Part shown: one piece after another, positions 22,564-32,881 of the stretch
Position numbering within the stretch: the first letter of the stretch is position 1
Layout: every line of letters begins with the position of its first letter
Source: Terriglobia bacterium
GTDB lineage: Bacteria; Acidobacteriota; Terriglobia; Acidiferrales; UBA7541
Length of the DNA: 64,000 nt
Assembly (NCBI GenBank): GCA_963695545.1
Contig: OY968796.1
Location: 1,600,001-1,664,000 of the forward strand
Direction of reading: 5' to 3'
Made by a program: the position numbers and the translations under genes
Notes under the pieces: generated by a model
Told to the model about the DNA's origin: nothing
Database searches by the model: none
The model's input: only the letters and a program-made list of their open reading frames with translations

Positions 22564-25260
22564 TCAGGCGCGCTCGATGAGATAGCGCTCGCCGGGTTCG
22601 GTCGGGAAAACAATTGTGTCGCCGGCCGCGGTGAATGAGATTGTGGAAGCGTCGCGCGCTTTCTTGATTCGCAGCGGGCCGGGCCAGGGCTTGACGAGGC
22701 GGACGGGCTTGCCTTTTTCGCTGAGCAGAGAAATCTGCGTGATCTCGCGGCCATCGAATGCGGCGCTGACCAGGAAGGCGCCGGCGGCGCGAAGATTTTC
22801 AAAGCGAGCGGGGCCGAGATTTTGCACGTTGGGGAAAAGACGCAGCGTGCCCGAATAACTTTGCAACATGCATTCGTTGAGCACGCCGGGAAGCGCGAAA
22901 TTCTCCGTCCAGACTCCCATGCGCATCATGAAATCGAAATCGGTGGAATCGCTATAGCGCCCGCCGGATTGGCGCACGCGGTCGTTGGCGATTCCATCGG
23001 GCAAAAGGCAATAGGCCACCTGACTTTTGAACCAATCGAGATCGAGCATGCCCAGGCGGGCGCGAATCCAGGGCTGGTACACAACATCGTTGCCGCCTTC
23101 CAGGCGCGCGGCGCGCGCAGATCGGCGAGCGATTTCGAGTTGCTCTTCGTGTAGGCCGAGGCCAACTTGCTCGCCCGGGAAAACCGGAGCCAGCGTGATC
23201 GGAATGTTGTAAATCCACTCCGCGGGTGCATCCACCACGTCCAGCCACACCTCGCCGTACGGGCCAGTGATTTTCGGATAGGGCGCGAGATTGTCGGCAA
23301 TTTCCCGCCACTGCGCGCGCTCGGTCTCGTCGGTATCGAGAACCTTCGACGCTTCGATCACGGCCTTCAGGAGAAATTGCGTGAGCGCGAGATCGAGAAT
23401 GCAATCTTTGTTCAGGCGGTAGTCGACGGTGAAGCCCCAGTTCTCGGAAGACACCGTGGGGATGATGTGATATTTGGCGTCGTTCCCTTTCTGAACGTAC
23501 GCGGCCAGAAATCGCGCACCGGAGCGCAGCATGGGATACGCGCTACGCAAGTATTCAACGTCCTGCGTGTAGAGATACTGCCACCACAAACTTTGCAGCG
23601 ACCACGGAGTTTCGCTGATCTGGTAGCCCCATGGTGGAACGGGGTACGGATTGATCTGGCTGGGCACGGGAAAAACCGAATGCGGGAAATACGCGCCGGG
23701 CAAATCGAATTTCTCCTTGGCGTATTTCTCGGACATGGCCATCATGTTTTGGCATAGCTCGAAATAGGGAGCGTGCTGCTCGACGTGGTTGCTCGAAAAA
23801 ACTCCCCAGAAAACCTGCTGGCAGTTGTAATCCATGTGGTAGTCGCCGTGCCACGCCGTTCCGATGCCGCCGGTGGACCAATTTCCGAAAAGGCCCGGCG
23901 CGGTGCTGCCCGGACGCAGGCAGCACGCGAGAAAATATTGATTGAGATACCAGATGCGTTCGAGATCTTTGTCTTCAAATTGAACGGCGGAACGCGACCA
24001 GAATTCCTTCCAGTGTGTTTCGCTGCCTTGGCGGATTCCGGCGGCGGCGAATGCGGAAAGTCGTTCCACTTCCGTGCGCGCTTGAGCCAGCGTTTCCAAA
24101 TCTTCGCCGGAGTACGCGTAATCCTGAGTGATGGTGACGGGCGGGCGAGGCTCGCTCGACGCGGCTGCCTCGCGTTCGAGGCGTTCGAGCAAAATGTCGC
24201 GCGGCGTCACGACCTTCAGGTCCAGGCGAAAACCCTGCGGTCCGCTGGCGATCAGGTGAACTCCCGGCGGTTCGCGCAGGCCCAGCGTGCCGGGCGGTGT
24301 GGCGCTGGACTGCGCGAGACGATCTTGATTTTCTTTCAGACCCTCGACGGACCACGAGCCGGACACTCGTCCGCACAGCGAAAAATTGCGGTCGCGATCC
24401 GAGCGCGGTGGAGAGGGCAATTCCGGAGTCGGGCCGATGGCGGGAAAATATTGGAAGCAAGAAAATTCCGCGAAGCCGTCGGCTGTGCGCGCCTCAATCT
24501 CGGGACGCGGCAGCGTGGCAGGTGTAACGTCGGATTCCGTAAAGCCGAACGGGGCGCTGGTCGTGTTGTCGAGATCGGGAACGTAATTGACCGCGGAAAA
24601 CGGCGCGGGAGCGTCCGTAGTCACGGAGACCAATCCCGTCGTCCAATCCACGAAACACGAAACGTTTACCTTGCGCGACGCGCCCGAAGCGTCATTCACG
24701 GCAAGCTGCAGCGCGTAGAGACCGCTCGACGGATCCAAGGTCTGCCGCAGCGGCTGCACCCAGCGTGGGTCCCAATGAATCCAGACCGTTCCGCAGGGCC
24801 ACGGGCGCGGCCAGGGCTTGCGATAGGATGAGACGACCTTTTGTGTGTACTCGCGAAAGAAATCGATACTGGTTTCGAGATGCAGCATGTCGGGCCGGCC
24901 CTGCTTCTTGGCCTCTTCGCCGGCGCGCGCCCACAGGTCGAGCAGTTCCTTGAACGTCAGAACGTATTTTTCAATGTCTTCGCTGACCCGAATATCCCAG
25001 CAATCGCTTTTTCCGACGTGCAGACCCAGCGCGTCCGGCCGAACCACGGCGCACACGCCAACGTCGCCGTTTCCAAGCAGCATGCCTTCAAAAAAATTCG
25101 GCGTGGGTGGCGTGCTGACCAATTCATGCCGCCGCGCGATGGCAAACGCGTCGAGCGAGTCAGTGTCACGCAGAATCGAGGTTGTGCCGGCGTTCAGCAT
25201 CGAGCCGGCTACGCTGGCGACCGCGGAAGTTTGGATAAATTCCCTGCGGCTAATTTTCAC
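22564..25260 (-). CDS. Tat-exported glycoside hydrolase, GH95-like (alpha-L-fucosidase-like)
   Basis: GTG 25260 after GGAGG. Twin-arginine SRREFI, LLGNGDVG, PGLFGNW, WHGDYHMDYNCQ, ECMLQS and LRAAGAFLVSA. Confidence 0.8.
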   Translation of the reverse strand: MKISRREFIQTSAVASVAGSMLNAGTTSILRDTDSLDAFAIARRHELVSTPPTPNFFEGMLLGNGDVGVCAVVRPDALGLHVGKSDCWDIRVSEDIEKYVLTFKELLDLWARAGEEAKKQGRPDMLHLETSIDFFREYTQKVVSSYRKPWPRPWPCGTVWIHWDPRWVQPLRQTLDPSSGLYALQLAVNDASGASRKVNVSCFVDWTTGLVSVTTDAPAPFSAVNYVPDLDNTTSAPFGFTESDVTPATLPRPEIEARTADGFAEFSCFQYFPAIGPTPELPSPPRSDRDRNFSLCGRVSGSWSVEGLKENQDRLAQSSATPPGTLGLREPPGVHLIASGPQGFRLDLKVVTPRDILLERLEREAAASSEPRPPVTITQDYAYSGEDLETLAQARTEVERLSAFAAAGIRQGSETHWKEFWSRSAVQFEDKDLERIWYLNQYFLACCLRPGSTAPGLFGNWSTGGIGTAWHGDYHMDYNCQQVFWGVFSSNHVEQHAPYFELCQNMMAMSEKYAKEKFDLPGAYFPHSVFPVPSQINPYPVPPWGYQISETPWSLQSLWWQYLYTQDVEYLRSAYPMLRSGARFLAAYVQKGNDAKYHIIPTVSSENWGFTVDYRLNKDCILDLALTQFLLKAVIEASKVLDTDETERAQWREIADNLAPYPKITGPYGEVWLDVVDAPAEWIYNIPITLAPVFPGEQVGLGLHEEQLEIARRSARAARLEGGNDVVYQPWIRARLGMLDLDWFKSQVAYCLLPDGIANDRVRQSGGRYSDSTDFDFMMRMGVWTENFALPGVLNECMLQSYSGTLRLFPNVQNLGPARFENLRAAGAFLVSAAFDGREITQISLLSEKGKPVRLVKPWPGPLRIKKARDASTISFTAAGDTIVFPTEPGERYLIERA

Positions 25261-25450
25261 TGGCCCTCCCGTCACGGCGCGTCCGCAATGCGATTCGTTT
25301 CGACCGCCAACGTACTTCAAGTGCGATTCAGGCGCAACGGCGCCACTGGAATTTTCGATTTCGCTGTCGTTCGGTGATGCAGCGCAGACGCGTCGCTCGA
25401 TGGTCTTTGTGCACTAACTTGCTTTGTGGCAAAATCTTGCGTCTGTCTAC

Positions 25451-25526
25451 TGGGGCGTGGTCCAATCGGTAGGACACCGCACTGTTAATGCGGATGGTGG
25501 AGGTTCGAGTCCTCCCGCCCCAGCCA
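25451..25526 (+). tRNA. tRNA-Asn (GTT)
   Basis: Cloverleaf: acceptor TGGGGCG/CGCCCCA, D stem GTCC/GGAC, anticodon stem CCGCA/TGCGG with loop CTGTTAA, T arm GGAGG-TTCGAGT-CCTCC, G73 and encoded CCA. Confidence 0.95.
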
Positions 25527-25587
25527 TTGTTTTCTTCCCCGCGGTCCACCCAAGGCAGGCATGGCGCTCGGCGCGGCCCAGGGCTCC

Positions 25588-25965
25588 TTAAGGTTTCTTG
25601 ATTGGGAAACCCGCCTCGTTCCAACCGCGCCAGCCGCCATCCATGGAAATCACGTTGATGTAGCCCATTTTTTGAAGATTGTCGGCGGCGAGGGCTGAGC
25701 GAAATCCTCCGCCGCAGTAGAGCACGAGCGTCGCAGCGCGATCCGGCACGGCCGCCTCGATGTCCCGTTCGATGATGCCGCGGCCCATGTGCACGGCGCC
25801 GGGAATGTGGCCGCGCTCCCATTCGTTGTCCTCACGCACGTCGACCAGCATGAATTTTTCGCCCGCGTCCATGCGGCGCTTCACTTCCGGGACGTCCCAC
25901 TCCTTGACGCGCTCTTTCGCGTCGGCCGTGAGTTTCAGAAAACCTTCGCCGTGCTGATGCGCCAT
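25588..25965 (-). CDS. Rhodanese-like domain protein
   Basis: LVDVRE..EW..GHIPGA, active-site loop YCGGGFRS and MDGGWRGW. Confidence 0.93.
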   Translation of the reverse strand: MAHQHGEGFLKLTADAKERVKEWDVPEVKRRMDAGEKFMLVDVREDNEWERGHIPGAVHMGRGIIERDIEAAVPDRAATLVLYCGGGFRSALAADNLQKMGYINVISMDGGWRGWNEAGFPIKKP

Positions 25966-25986
25966 TTTCCCCTCCGTGTTTCGGCG

Positions 25987-28595
25987 TTAGCTCATGTCGC
26001 GCCAATTCGCTCCGGCTTTCAGATCCACGAGGAGCGGCACCGAGAGCGGATGCGCTTGCTCCATCGCATTTTTCACCAGCGGACGCAGCCGGTCGAGTTC
26101 GTCACCGGGCGATTCAAACAGCAGTTCGTCGTGAACTTGCAAAATCATGCGCGCGCGGAATCCGCCTTCAGCGAGTTCGCGATGAATGCGGATCATGGCG
26201 ATCTTGATCAGGTCGGCGGCCGTGCCTTGCAGCGGAGTGTTCATCGCCGTACGCTCGGCGAAACTTCGCATGTTAGGCTGCGCGGAAGAGATTTCCGGAA
26301 TCGGCCGGGTTCGGCCGAAGATCGTGCGCGAGACGCCGGTACGCCGCGTTCCCGCGAGCAGACCATCCAGATAATTTTTCACGCCGCTATAGCGCGCGAA
26401 ATATGCGGCGATGAATTGCGCCGCTTCTTTTTGGCCGATGCCGAGTTGTTGCGCGAGGCCAAAGGCCGAGAGTCCATAGATGATGCCGAAGTTGATGATT
26501 TTGGCGGCGCGGCGATGTTCGGCGGTTTGCGCCATCGGTCCGACGCCAAAGACTTCTTCAGCCGTGCGCGAATGAATGTCTTGCCCGGAGCGGAAGGCTT
26601 CGCTCAGCACCGGATCCGCGGAGCAATGCGCCAGGATGCGCAACTCGATTTGCGAATAATCGGCGGAGAGCAGCGTCCACCCCGGCTCGGCGGTGAATGC
26701 GGCGCGAATCTGCCGGCCCAGCTCGGTGCGCACCGGGATGTTTTGCAGATTGGGATCGGAGGAGCTGAGCCGGCCGGTGGCCGTGCCGGTTTGGTTGAAG
26801 CTGGTGTGCACGCGGCCCGTGGCCGGATCGACCAATTTCGGCAGCGTGTCGGCGTAGGTGGATTTCAATTTCGCGAGTTCGCGATAATCGAGCACCAGGC
26901 GCGGCAGCTCGTGCAGCAGCGCCAGCTCTTCCAGAATTTCCGCGGCGGTCGAGCGGGCTTTCGCACGGCCGCGGCGCGCCGCGGGCTGAAGATTCATTTT
27001 GTCGAAAAGAATTTCGGCGAGCTGCATGGGCGAATTGACGTTGAACTCGGAGCCGGCTAATTCCCAGATTTTGCTTTCGAGCGCGCGAATCTCGCGCTCC
27101 ATTTCCGTGGACATGGCTTCGAGAGCTCGCGGATCGACGTGAATGCCGATTCGCTCCATCGTGGCGAGCACCGGAGCCAGCGGCAAATCGATCGTTCGGT
27201 AGAGTTCGGTGAGGCCGGCGCGCTCGACTTCGTCGGCGAGCATCGGCGCCAAGAGCTGCAATTGATCGGCACGTTCGCCCGGCGCGCCCGGCAGCGTGAC
27301 GTTGCGATGGCGCAGGACCACGTCGGCCAGATCGTGTTTCGCCGTGGTGGGGCGCAGCAGATAGGAATAGAGCATGGTCGCGTGGCGGATTCCGGACACG
27401 GGTCCGGCGAGCAGCTCGATGAGTTTCGGATCGTGCACGATTTTCGGGCGCGCGGAATCGGCGAGGAAAGGCGCGAACGCGCGGCGCACTTCGCCGGCTT
27501 CATCCCACCATGTGGCGCGCGATACGCCCGGAGCGGGCGAAAGCTCCACGGCGGCGATGCGCGTGCCGAAGCCTTCGGCATCGCGTTCCCCGGGCGCGAG
27601 CTCGAGCCACACCGCGATTTCATTTTCTTTCGGCACGCCTGCGAGAAAATTTCCGATCGCGCCAGTCGAATCCAGGCGCTCGCTGTCGAGCGTGGCTGAC
27701 GCGGAGGTCACCGACGCGGGCAATTCCTTGAGCAGTGACGTGAAGCCCAGTTCGGTGTAAAGCTCGCGCAAGGCGTTGGCATCGGGCTCGCGGCGCGTCG
27801 AGCTCGCTCGAGCGAGAGTTCCACGGGCGCGTCGGTCGCGATTTGCGCGAGTTGCTTCGAGAGCATCACTTGTTCTCGGCCATTTTGGAGCGCTTCGCGG
27901 TAGCGTTTGTTTTCAACTTTGGCGGCGGCGTCGAGCGCGGCTTCCGCCGAACCGAATCGGCGAATAATTTCGCGCGCGCCTTTTTCGCCGATGCCCTTGG
28001 CGCCGGGAATGTTGTCGATCGAATCGCCCATTAGCGCCATCACGTCGACAACTTTTTCGGGCGGTACGCCCATCAATTCTTCCACTTTCGCTTCATCAAC
28101 GACGACGTCCGGCTTGGCCGCGCCCGATCCGGGGCGCAGCACGCGCACACGTCCGCCGACAAGTTGCATCATGTCTTTGTCGCTGGTGACGATGGTGACG
28201 TCGAGTATGCGTTTCTCGGCTTGATGCGCGAGCGCGCCGATGATGTCGTCGGCTTCGTAGCCTGGAGCTTCGAGCACGGCCAGGCGCATGGCTTCGCAAA
28301 CTTTTCGCACGTAAGGCAATTGCACGGCGAGATCTTCGGGCATTGCGGGGCGCTGCGCTTTATATTCGGCGAAAAGTTTGTCGCGAAACGTCGGCCCGGC
28401 GACGTCAAAGGCCACGCCGATGTAGTCCGGCTCGTACTCTTTGATCAAGCGGCGCAGCATCGTGGAAAAAAGATAAGGAACTTTCGTCGGCAGCCCGGCC
28501 GCGTTGCGCAGCCGGTCCATCGGCGCGAAGAACGCGCGGAAGACGTAGCCCATCGCGTCGATCAGGAAAAGCTTCTTGGCGGGCTTTGCGGCCAT
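25987..28595 (-). pseudogene. polA: DNA polymerase I, split by a frameshift near 27790-27815 (possibly a sequencing error)
   Basis: 5'-3' exonuclease ORF 27708-28595 (GYEADD, SDKD, GDSIDNIPG) and polymerase ORF 25987-27771 (TGRLSS.DPNLQNIP, ADYSQIELR, INFGIIYG, LQVHDEL) are in different frames. The middle domain lacks clear 3'-5' exonuclease acidic motifs. Confidence 0.93.
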
Positions 28596-28718
28596 GCGCG
28601 GCAGTATAGCAAACGCTCGAACTGCGGCCTCTGCATGGGGCTGACGCCGCTGCGCCTCTTACCGGGTATGTTAAGGTACATAATCTAACCTGCGCGTATC
28701 GCTCGGCGTGGTTTGACT

Positions 28719-30692
28719 ATGCCCACTTTCCGCAAGATCCCGAAGGCTGAAGAGGAGGAGAAGCCTCCCACGATCGCGGATATTTTCGGGCCGAGCGGAT
28801 TGCTTGAGCGTTGCCTGGGCGCGGGCTACGAGCATCGCCGCTCGCAACTGGAAATGGCGGAAATTGTCGAAGAAGCGTTTCAAAACAAGCGCCACGCACT
28901 GGTGGAAGCGGGAACGGGCACCGGGAAAACGCTCGCGTATTTGCTTCCCGCGATTCGCAGCGGGCGGCGCGTAGTGGTTTCTACCGCGACAAAATCTCTG
29001 CAAGAGCAGTTGTTCACCAAAGACGTTCCGTTCCTGCAGAAACATTTCGCGCCGGAGCTGAAAGTCGCCGTGATGAAAGGGCGCGGGAATTTTCTATGCC
29101 GGCAAAAGTTGTACGACATGGCCGATCAGCCCGTGCTAAAGGGCTTAGATGAAGTGGATTGGTTCGCGCAGATGCGCGATTGGGAAAAAGTGACGGAGAC
29201 CGGCGACCGCGCCGAGCTCACGTTTTTGCCGGACGATGCGAGCATGTGGACGAGACTCGACGCGCGCCGCGACGCCTGCACGGGACAGAAGTGCGCGGAG
29301 TTCAAGCGCTGCTTCGTCACGGCCATGCACCAGCGCGCAGCGGAAGCGGATCTGATCATCGTCAACCATCATCTTTTTTTCGCCGATCTCGCGCTGCGCG
29401 GCGACGATTTCGGCAGCATCCTGCCGGAATACGCCGCGGTGATTTTCGACGAAGCGCACGAGATCGAAGACGTAGCCAGCGAATATTTTGGCCGCGAAGT
29501 ATCAAACTATCGCTTCGAGGAATTGGCGCGCGACGCCGATCTGGCCCTGCGCCTGGCGCAGACCGAAGGGGCCACGCTGCCGCGTCGCGTGGCGCGAATG
29601 CGAGAGAAGGGACGCAGTTTCTTCGAGACGTTTCCCCAGCGCGAAGGACGGTTCGCTTTCGATCCCAAACAGCGCGCGGCGTTTCTCGAACAGAATCGCG
29701 AAGCGTACGACGAATTTCTGGCCGCGGCGAAAGCGCTCGAATCGGAAATCGCCGCGTTGCGCGAGAAGCCCGAGCCGATTCTTCAAATCGCGCGGCGCGC
29801 GGCAGAGTTGCGCAACGAGCTTGTGTTTCTGCTGGAATCCGAAGAGCGCAACTTTGTTTATTGGTATGAGCGGCGCAACAAAGGCATTTTCCTGGCCGCC
29901 ACGCCAATCGACGTAAGCGGAATCCTGCGCGAGCGCCTCTTCGAGCCGTTCGATACGATCGTGCTCACATCCGCCACGCTCGCCGTCGGCGGGCGTTTCG
30001 ATTTCCTGAAGCAGCGGCTCGGAATTCCGGCCGGATCGGTCGAGCGCGTCTTGCCGCCGGAATTCGATTTTCGCGAGCAGGCGCTGCTCTATGTGCCCGA
30101 GCGCTTGCCCGATGTGCGCAACGCGGCGTTTCCGAAGGCGGCCGCCGAAGAAATCGCGCGTTTGCTTGAAATCTCGCAAGGGCGCGCGTTTTGTCTTTTC
30201 ACCAGCTACAGCCAGATGAACGACGTTTGTGCCCGGGTGCGAAATAAAGTCGAGTTTCCGCTTCTCGTTCAAGGCACGGCGCCGCGCTCGACGCTGCTCG
30301 AGCGCTTTCGCATGACGCCCAGCGCGGTGTTGTTTGCGACCTCGAGTTTTTGGCAGGGCGTGGACGTTCCCGGCGCGCAGCTTTCGTGCGTCATCGTCGA
30401 TCGCCTGCCGTTTGCCGTGCCTTCCGATCCGATTGTCGCCGCGCGCGTTCGCGCGCTCGAGGAGGATGGACGCAACGCGTTCGCGGAGTATCAGGTTCCG
30501 GAAGCGGTGCTGGCGCTAAAGCAGGGTTTCGGACGATTGATTCGCTCGCGCAGCGATCGCGGCGTATTGTCGATCCTCGATAACCGCATCCAGCGAATGC
30601 ACTATGGTAGACTTTTCTTAGAATCGCTGCCGGATTACGCCGTTACGCGGGACATCGCAGAAGTGGAACGATTCATGCGAAGCGATTCGTGA
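28719..30692 (+). CDS. DinG/YoaA family ATP-dependent DNA helicase
   Basis: Q motif RRSQLEM, EAGTGTGKT, Fe-S cysteines, DEAH box, LTSATL, FWQGVDVPG and QGFGRLIRS. Confidence 0.95.
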   Translation: MPTFRKIPKAEEEEKPPTIADIFGPSGLLERCLGAGYEHRRSQLEMAEIVEEAFQNKRHALVEAGTGTGKTLAYLLPAIRSGRRVVVSTATKSLQEQLFTKDVPFLQKHFAPELKVAVMKGRGNFLCRQKLYDMADQPVLKGLDEVDWFAQMRDWEKVTETGDRAELTFLPDDASMWTRLDARRDACTGQKCAEFKRCFVTAMHQRAAEADLIIVNHHLFFADLALRGDDFGSILPEYAAVIFDEAHEIEDVASEYFGREVSNYRFEELARDADLALRLAQTEGATLPRRVARMREKGRSFFETFPQREGRFAFDPKQRAAFLEQNREAYDEFLAAAKALESEIAALREKPEPILQIARRAAELRNELVFLLESEERNFVYWYERRNKGIFLAATPIDVSGILRERLFEPFDTIVLTSATLAVGGRFDFLKQRLGIPAGSVERVLPPEFDFREQALLYVPERLPDVRNAAFPKAAAEEIARLLEISQGRAFCLFTSYSQMNDVCARVRNKVEFPLLVQGTAPRSTLLERFRMTPSAVLFATSSFWQGVDVPGAQLSCVIVDRLPFAVPSDPIVAARVRALEEDGRNAFAEYQVPEAVLALKQGFGRLIRSRSDRGVLSILDNRIQRMHYGRLFLESLPDYAVTRDIAEVERFMRSDS

Positions 30693-30797
30693 GGCAGCCG
30701 GCTTGAAGCGCGGGCCCGGCGGCCAGGCAGTTCCGCCGCAGCGCTTCGAGGGAAGCCAGGCCGCCGAACCGGCAACGCAAGGATTCGAGGAAAGCGA

Positions 30798-31172
30798 ATG
30801 TTTCAAGTGAGCGTCGACGAAACTTTCTCCGCGGGCCACGCGCTGCGCGGCTACAAGGGCAAGTGCGAGAATCCGCATGGGCATAATTACAAGGTGCGCG
30901 TAACCCTGGAAGGCGCGGAACTCGATTCGATCGGTCTACTCGCCGATTTCACGGGCATAAAGCGCGCGCTCCGCGAAATTATCGCCGGAGTGGATCATAA
31001 ATTCCTGAACGATCAGGCGCCCTTCGACGTCATCAACCCTTCAGCGGAAAATATCGCCAAGTATTTTTACGACGAGACCGCCGGGCAGGTGCGCGATCTG
31101 GGCTCCGGCGCGCGCATCTCGAGCATTACGGTTTGGGAGACCGACACAACCGCGGCCACTTATTGGCCGTAG
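30798..31172 (+). CDS. queD: 6-carboxy-5,6,7,8-tetrahydropterin synthase
   Basis: FSAGH, CENPHGHNY, DHKFLN, NPSAENIA and VWET. Confidence 0.93.
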   Translation: MFQVSVDETFSAGHALRGYKGKCENPHGHNYKVRVTLEGAELDSIGLLADFTGIKRALREIIAGVDHKFLNDQAPFDVINPSAENIAKYFYDETAGQVRDLGSGARISSITVWETDTTAATYWP

Positions 31173-31184
31173 TTGCTCGCCGCC

Positions 31185-31373
31185 ATGAATCGCGCTTACC
31201 TTCTCGTGTTTATTCCGGCAATTTTGGCGGGCGCCGCGTACGTTTTCGTATTTCGATACGCGGGGATTCCGCTGCACCCTTTTCCGCTGGTGATGGGGGT
31301 AGTTGGATTTTTGGCGGCGATCGCGCTGGTGCGTGCGTACGACCGGCGCAAGAAGCGCGCGCGAGGGCAATGA
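31185..31373 (+). CDS. Small 2-TM membrane protein (62 aa)
   Basis: Two hydrophobic segments and a basic C-terminus. Its stop overlaps the queE ATG (ATGA). Confidence 0.6.
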   Translation: MNRAYLLVFIPAILAGAAYVFVFRYAGIPLHPFPLVMGVVGFLAAIALVRAYDRRKKRARGQ

Positions 31374-32074
31374 ACGTGGTGGTCAGCGAAATTTTCCGCT
31401 CGATTCAAGGCGAGAGCACCTTCGTGGGCTTGCCGTGCATCTTCGTGCGCCTGACGGGCTGCAATCTGCGCTGCGCGTGGTGCGACACGGCGTATGCGTT
31501 CTACGGCGGCGAGCGGCAGAGCGTGGAAGAAATTCTGGAACGTGTTCGCGTTCTCGCGCATCCTCAAGATGCCGGCGGCGCAAACGGATCGCCTGAAATT
31601 CCACTGGTCGAACTGACGGGTGGCGAGCCCTTGCTACAGCCGGAAGTCGTGGTGCTGGCGGAGCGATTGGTGGCCGCGGGCTACACGGTGCTCGCGGAAA
31701 CCAGCGGCGAGCGGCCGATCGATTTACTGCCGCGCGACGTGGTGAAGATTATGGACGTGAAGTGCCCGGATTCCGGCGAGTTCGGAACATTCCGCGAGGC
31801 GAATCTGGATGCGCTTGGCCCAAAGGACGAAGTGAAATTCGTAGTCGCCAGCCGGCGCGATTACGAATTCGCGCGCGATTTCACGCGGCAGCACAATTTG
31901 AGCGGCCGCGTGCGACAGGTACTATTTTCGCCGGTACACGCCGATCCGGCGGGCACTTGGCCTGGACTGGATGCGCGCGAGCTTGCCGATTGGATTTTGG
32001 CGGACGGGCTGCCGGTGCGGCTCGGCTTGCAATTGCACAAGTTCATTTGGGATCCCGCGACGCGCGGAGTTTAG
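31370..32074 (+). CDS. queE: 7-carboxy-7-deazaguanine synthase (radical SAM)
   Basis: EIFRSIQGE, CNLRCAWCDT (CxxxCxxC), LTGGEPL and QLHKFIW. Confidence 0.93.
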   Translation: MNVVVSEIFRSIQGESTFVGLPCIFVRLTGCNLRCAWCDTAYAFYGGERQSVEEILERVRVLAHPQDAGGANGSPEIPLVELTGGEPLLQPEVVVLAERLVAAGYTVLAETSGERPIDLLPRDVVKIMDVKCPDSGEFGTFREANLDALGPKDEVKFVVASRRDYEFARDFTRQHNLSGRVRQVLFSPVHADPAGTWPGLDARELADWILADGLPVRLGLQLHKFIWDPATRGV

Positions 32075-32118
32075 CGAATCGAGCGACGGCACAAGCACGC
32101 GGAGACGGAAAAGCTAAA

Positions 32119-32817
32119 ATGAGCGGCGAGCAAAAAGCGGTCGTGCTTTTAAGCGGAGGCATGGATTCTTGCGTCACCGCGGCCATCGCTCGCGAGACGC
32201 ACGGTCTCGCGCTGCTTCACGCAAGTTATGGCCAGCTTACCGAGCGCCGCGAGCGCCAGGCATTCGATGCCATCGCCGATTTCTACGGCGTGACCGAGAG
32301 GCTGGCGGTGCACTTCGAGCACTTTGCGCAGATCGGTGGCTCGGCGCTGACCGACGCAAGCGTCGCCGTTCCGGAAGCCGATGCTTCGGCGCCGGTTTCG
32401 GCCGAGGGAATTCCGGTGACTTACGTTCCCTTTCGCAACGCGCATTTTCTTTCGGTCGCTGTGAGCTGGGCGGAAGTAATCGGCGCGAGTTCAATTTTCG
32501 TCGGCGCTGTGGCGGAGGATAGCTCGGGCTATCCGGACTGTCGGCCGGAATATTACCGGGTGTTCGAGGAACTCGCGCGCGTCGGGACGCGGCCGGAAAC
32601 GCAAATCAAGATCGAGACGCCGGTGATCGCCATGCGCAAGAACGAAATCGTGCGCCGCGGGATCGAGCTTGGCGCGCCATTGGGCTTAACCTGGTCGTGC
32701 TATCAGTATGAAGACGCGGCGTGCGGGGCATGCGATAGTTGCCGCCTGCGCCTGCGGGCGTTTGCGGAGGCGGGCGAAGCCGACCCTATCCCCTATCGCG
32801 TGCGAATTGAGCGATAA
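32119..32817 (+). CDS. queC: 7-cyano-7-deazaguanine synthase
   Basis: LSGGMDS, TYVPFRN, GYPDCR and TWSCY...CGACDSC. Confidence 0.96.
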   Translation: MSGEQKAVVLLSGGMDSCVTAAIARETHGLALLHASYGQLTERRERQAFDAIADFYGVTERLAVHFEHFAQIGGSALTDASVAVPEADASAPVSAEGIPVTYVPFRNAHFLSVAVSWAEVIGASSIFVGAVAEDSSGYPDCRPEYYRVFEELARVGTRPETQIKIETPVIAMRKNEIVRRGIELGAPLGLTWSCYQYEDAACGACDSCRLRLRAFAEAGEADPIPYRVRIER

Positions 32818-32881
32818 TGTGCCGGCTTCGGAGAACCCGCTGGGACGGGCGGAACGCTGTTTCGGAGGAGAGGGCGCGAAC

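Noticed and set aside
22564..25526. Genomic island integrated at tRNA-Asn
   Set aside because: No integrase and no duplicated tRNA 3' end were seen, and the GH95-like gene lies on the tRNA 5' side.
28719..32817. DinG plus queDEC as a 7-deazaguanine DNA-modification (dpd) or type IV CRISPR locus
   Set aside because: No dpdA/tgt-like or cas genes are present, and composition and context (next to polA) fit housekeeping queuosine precursor synthesis.
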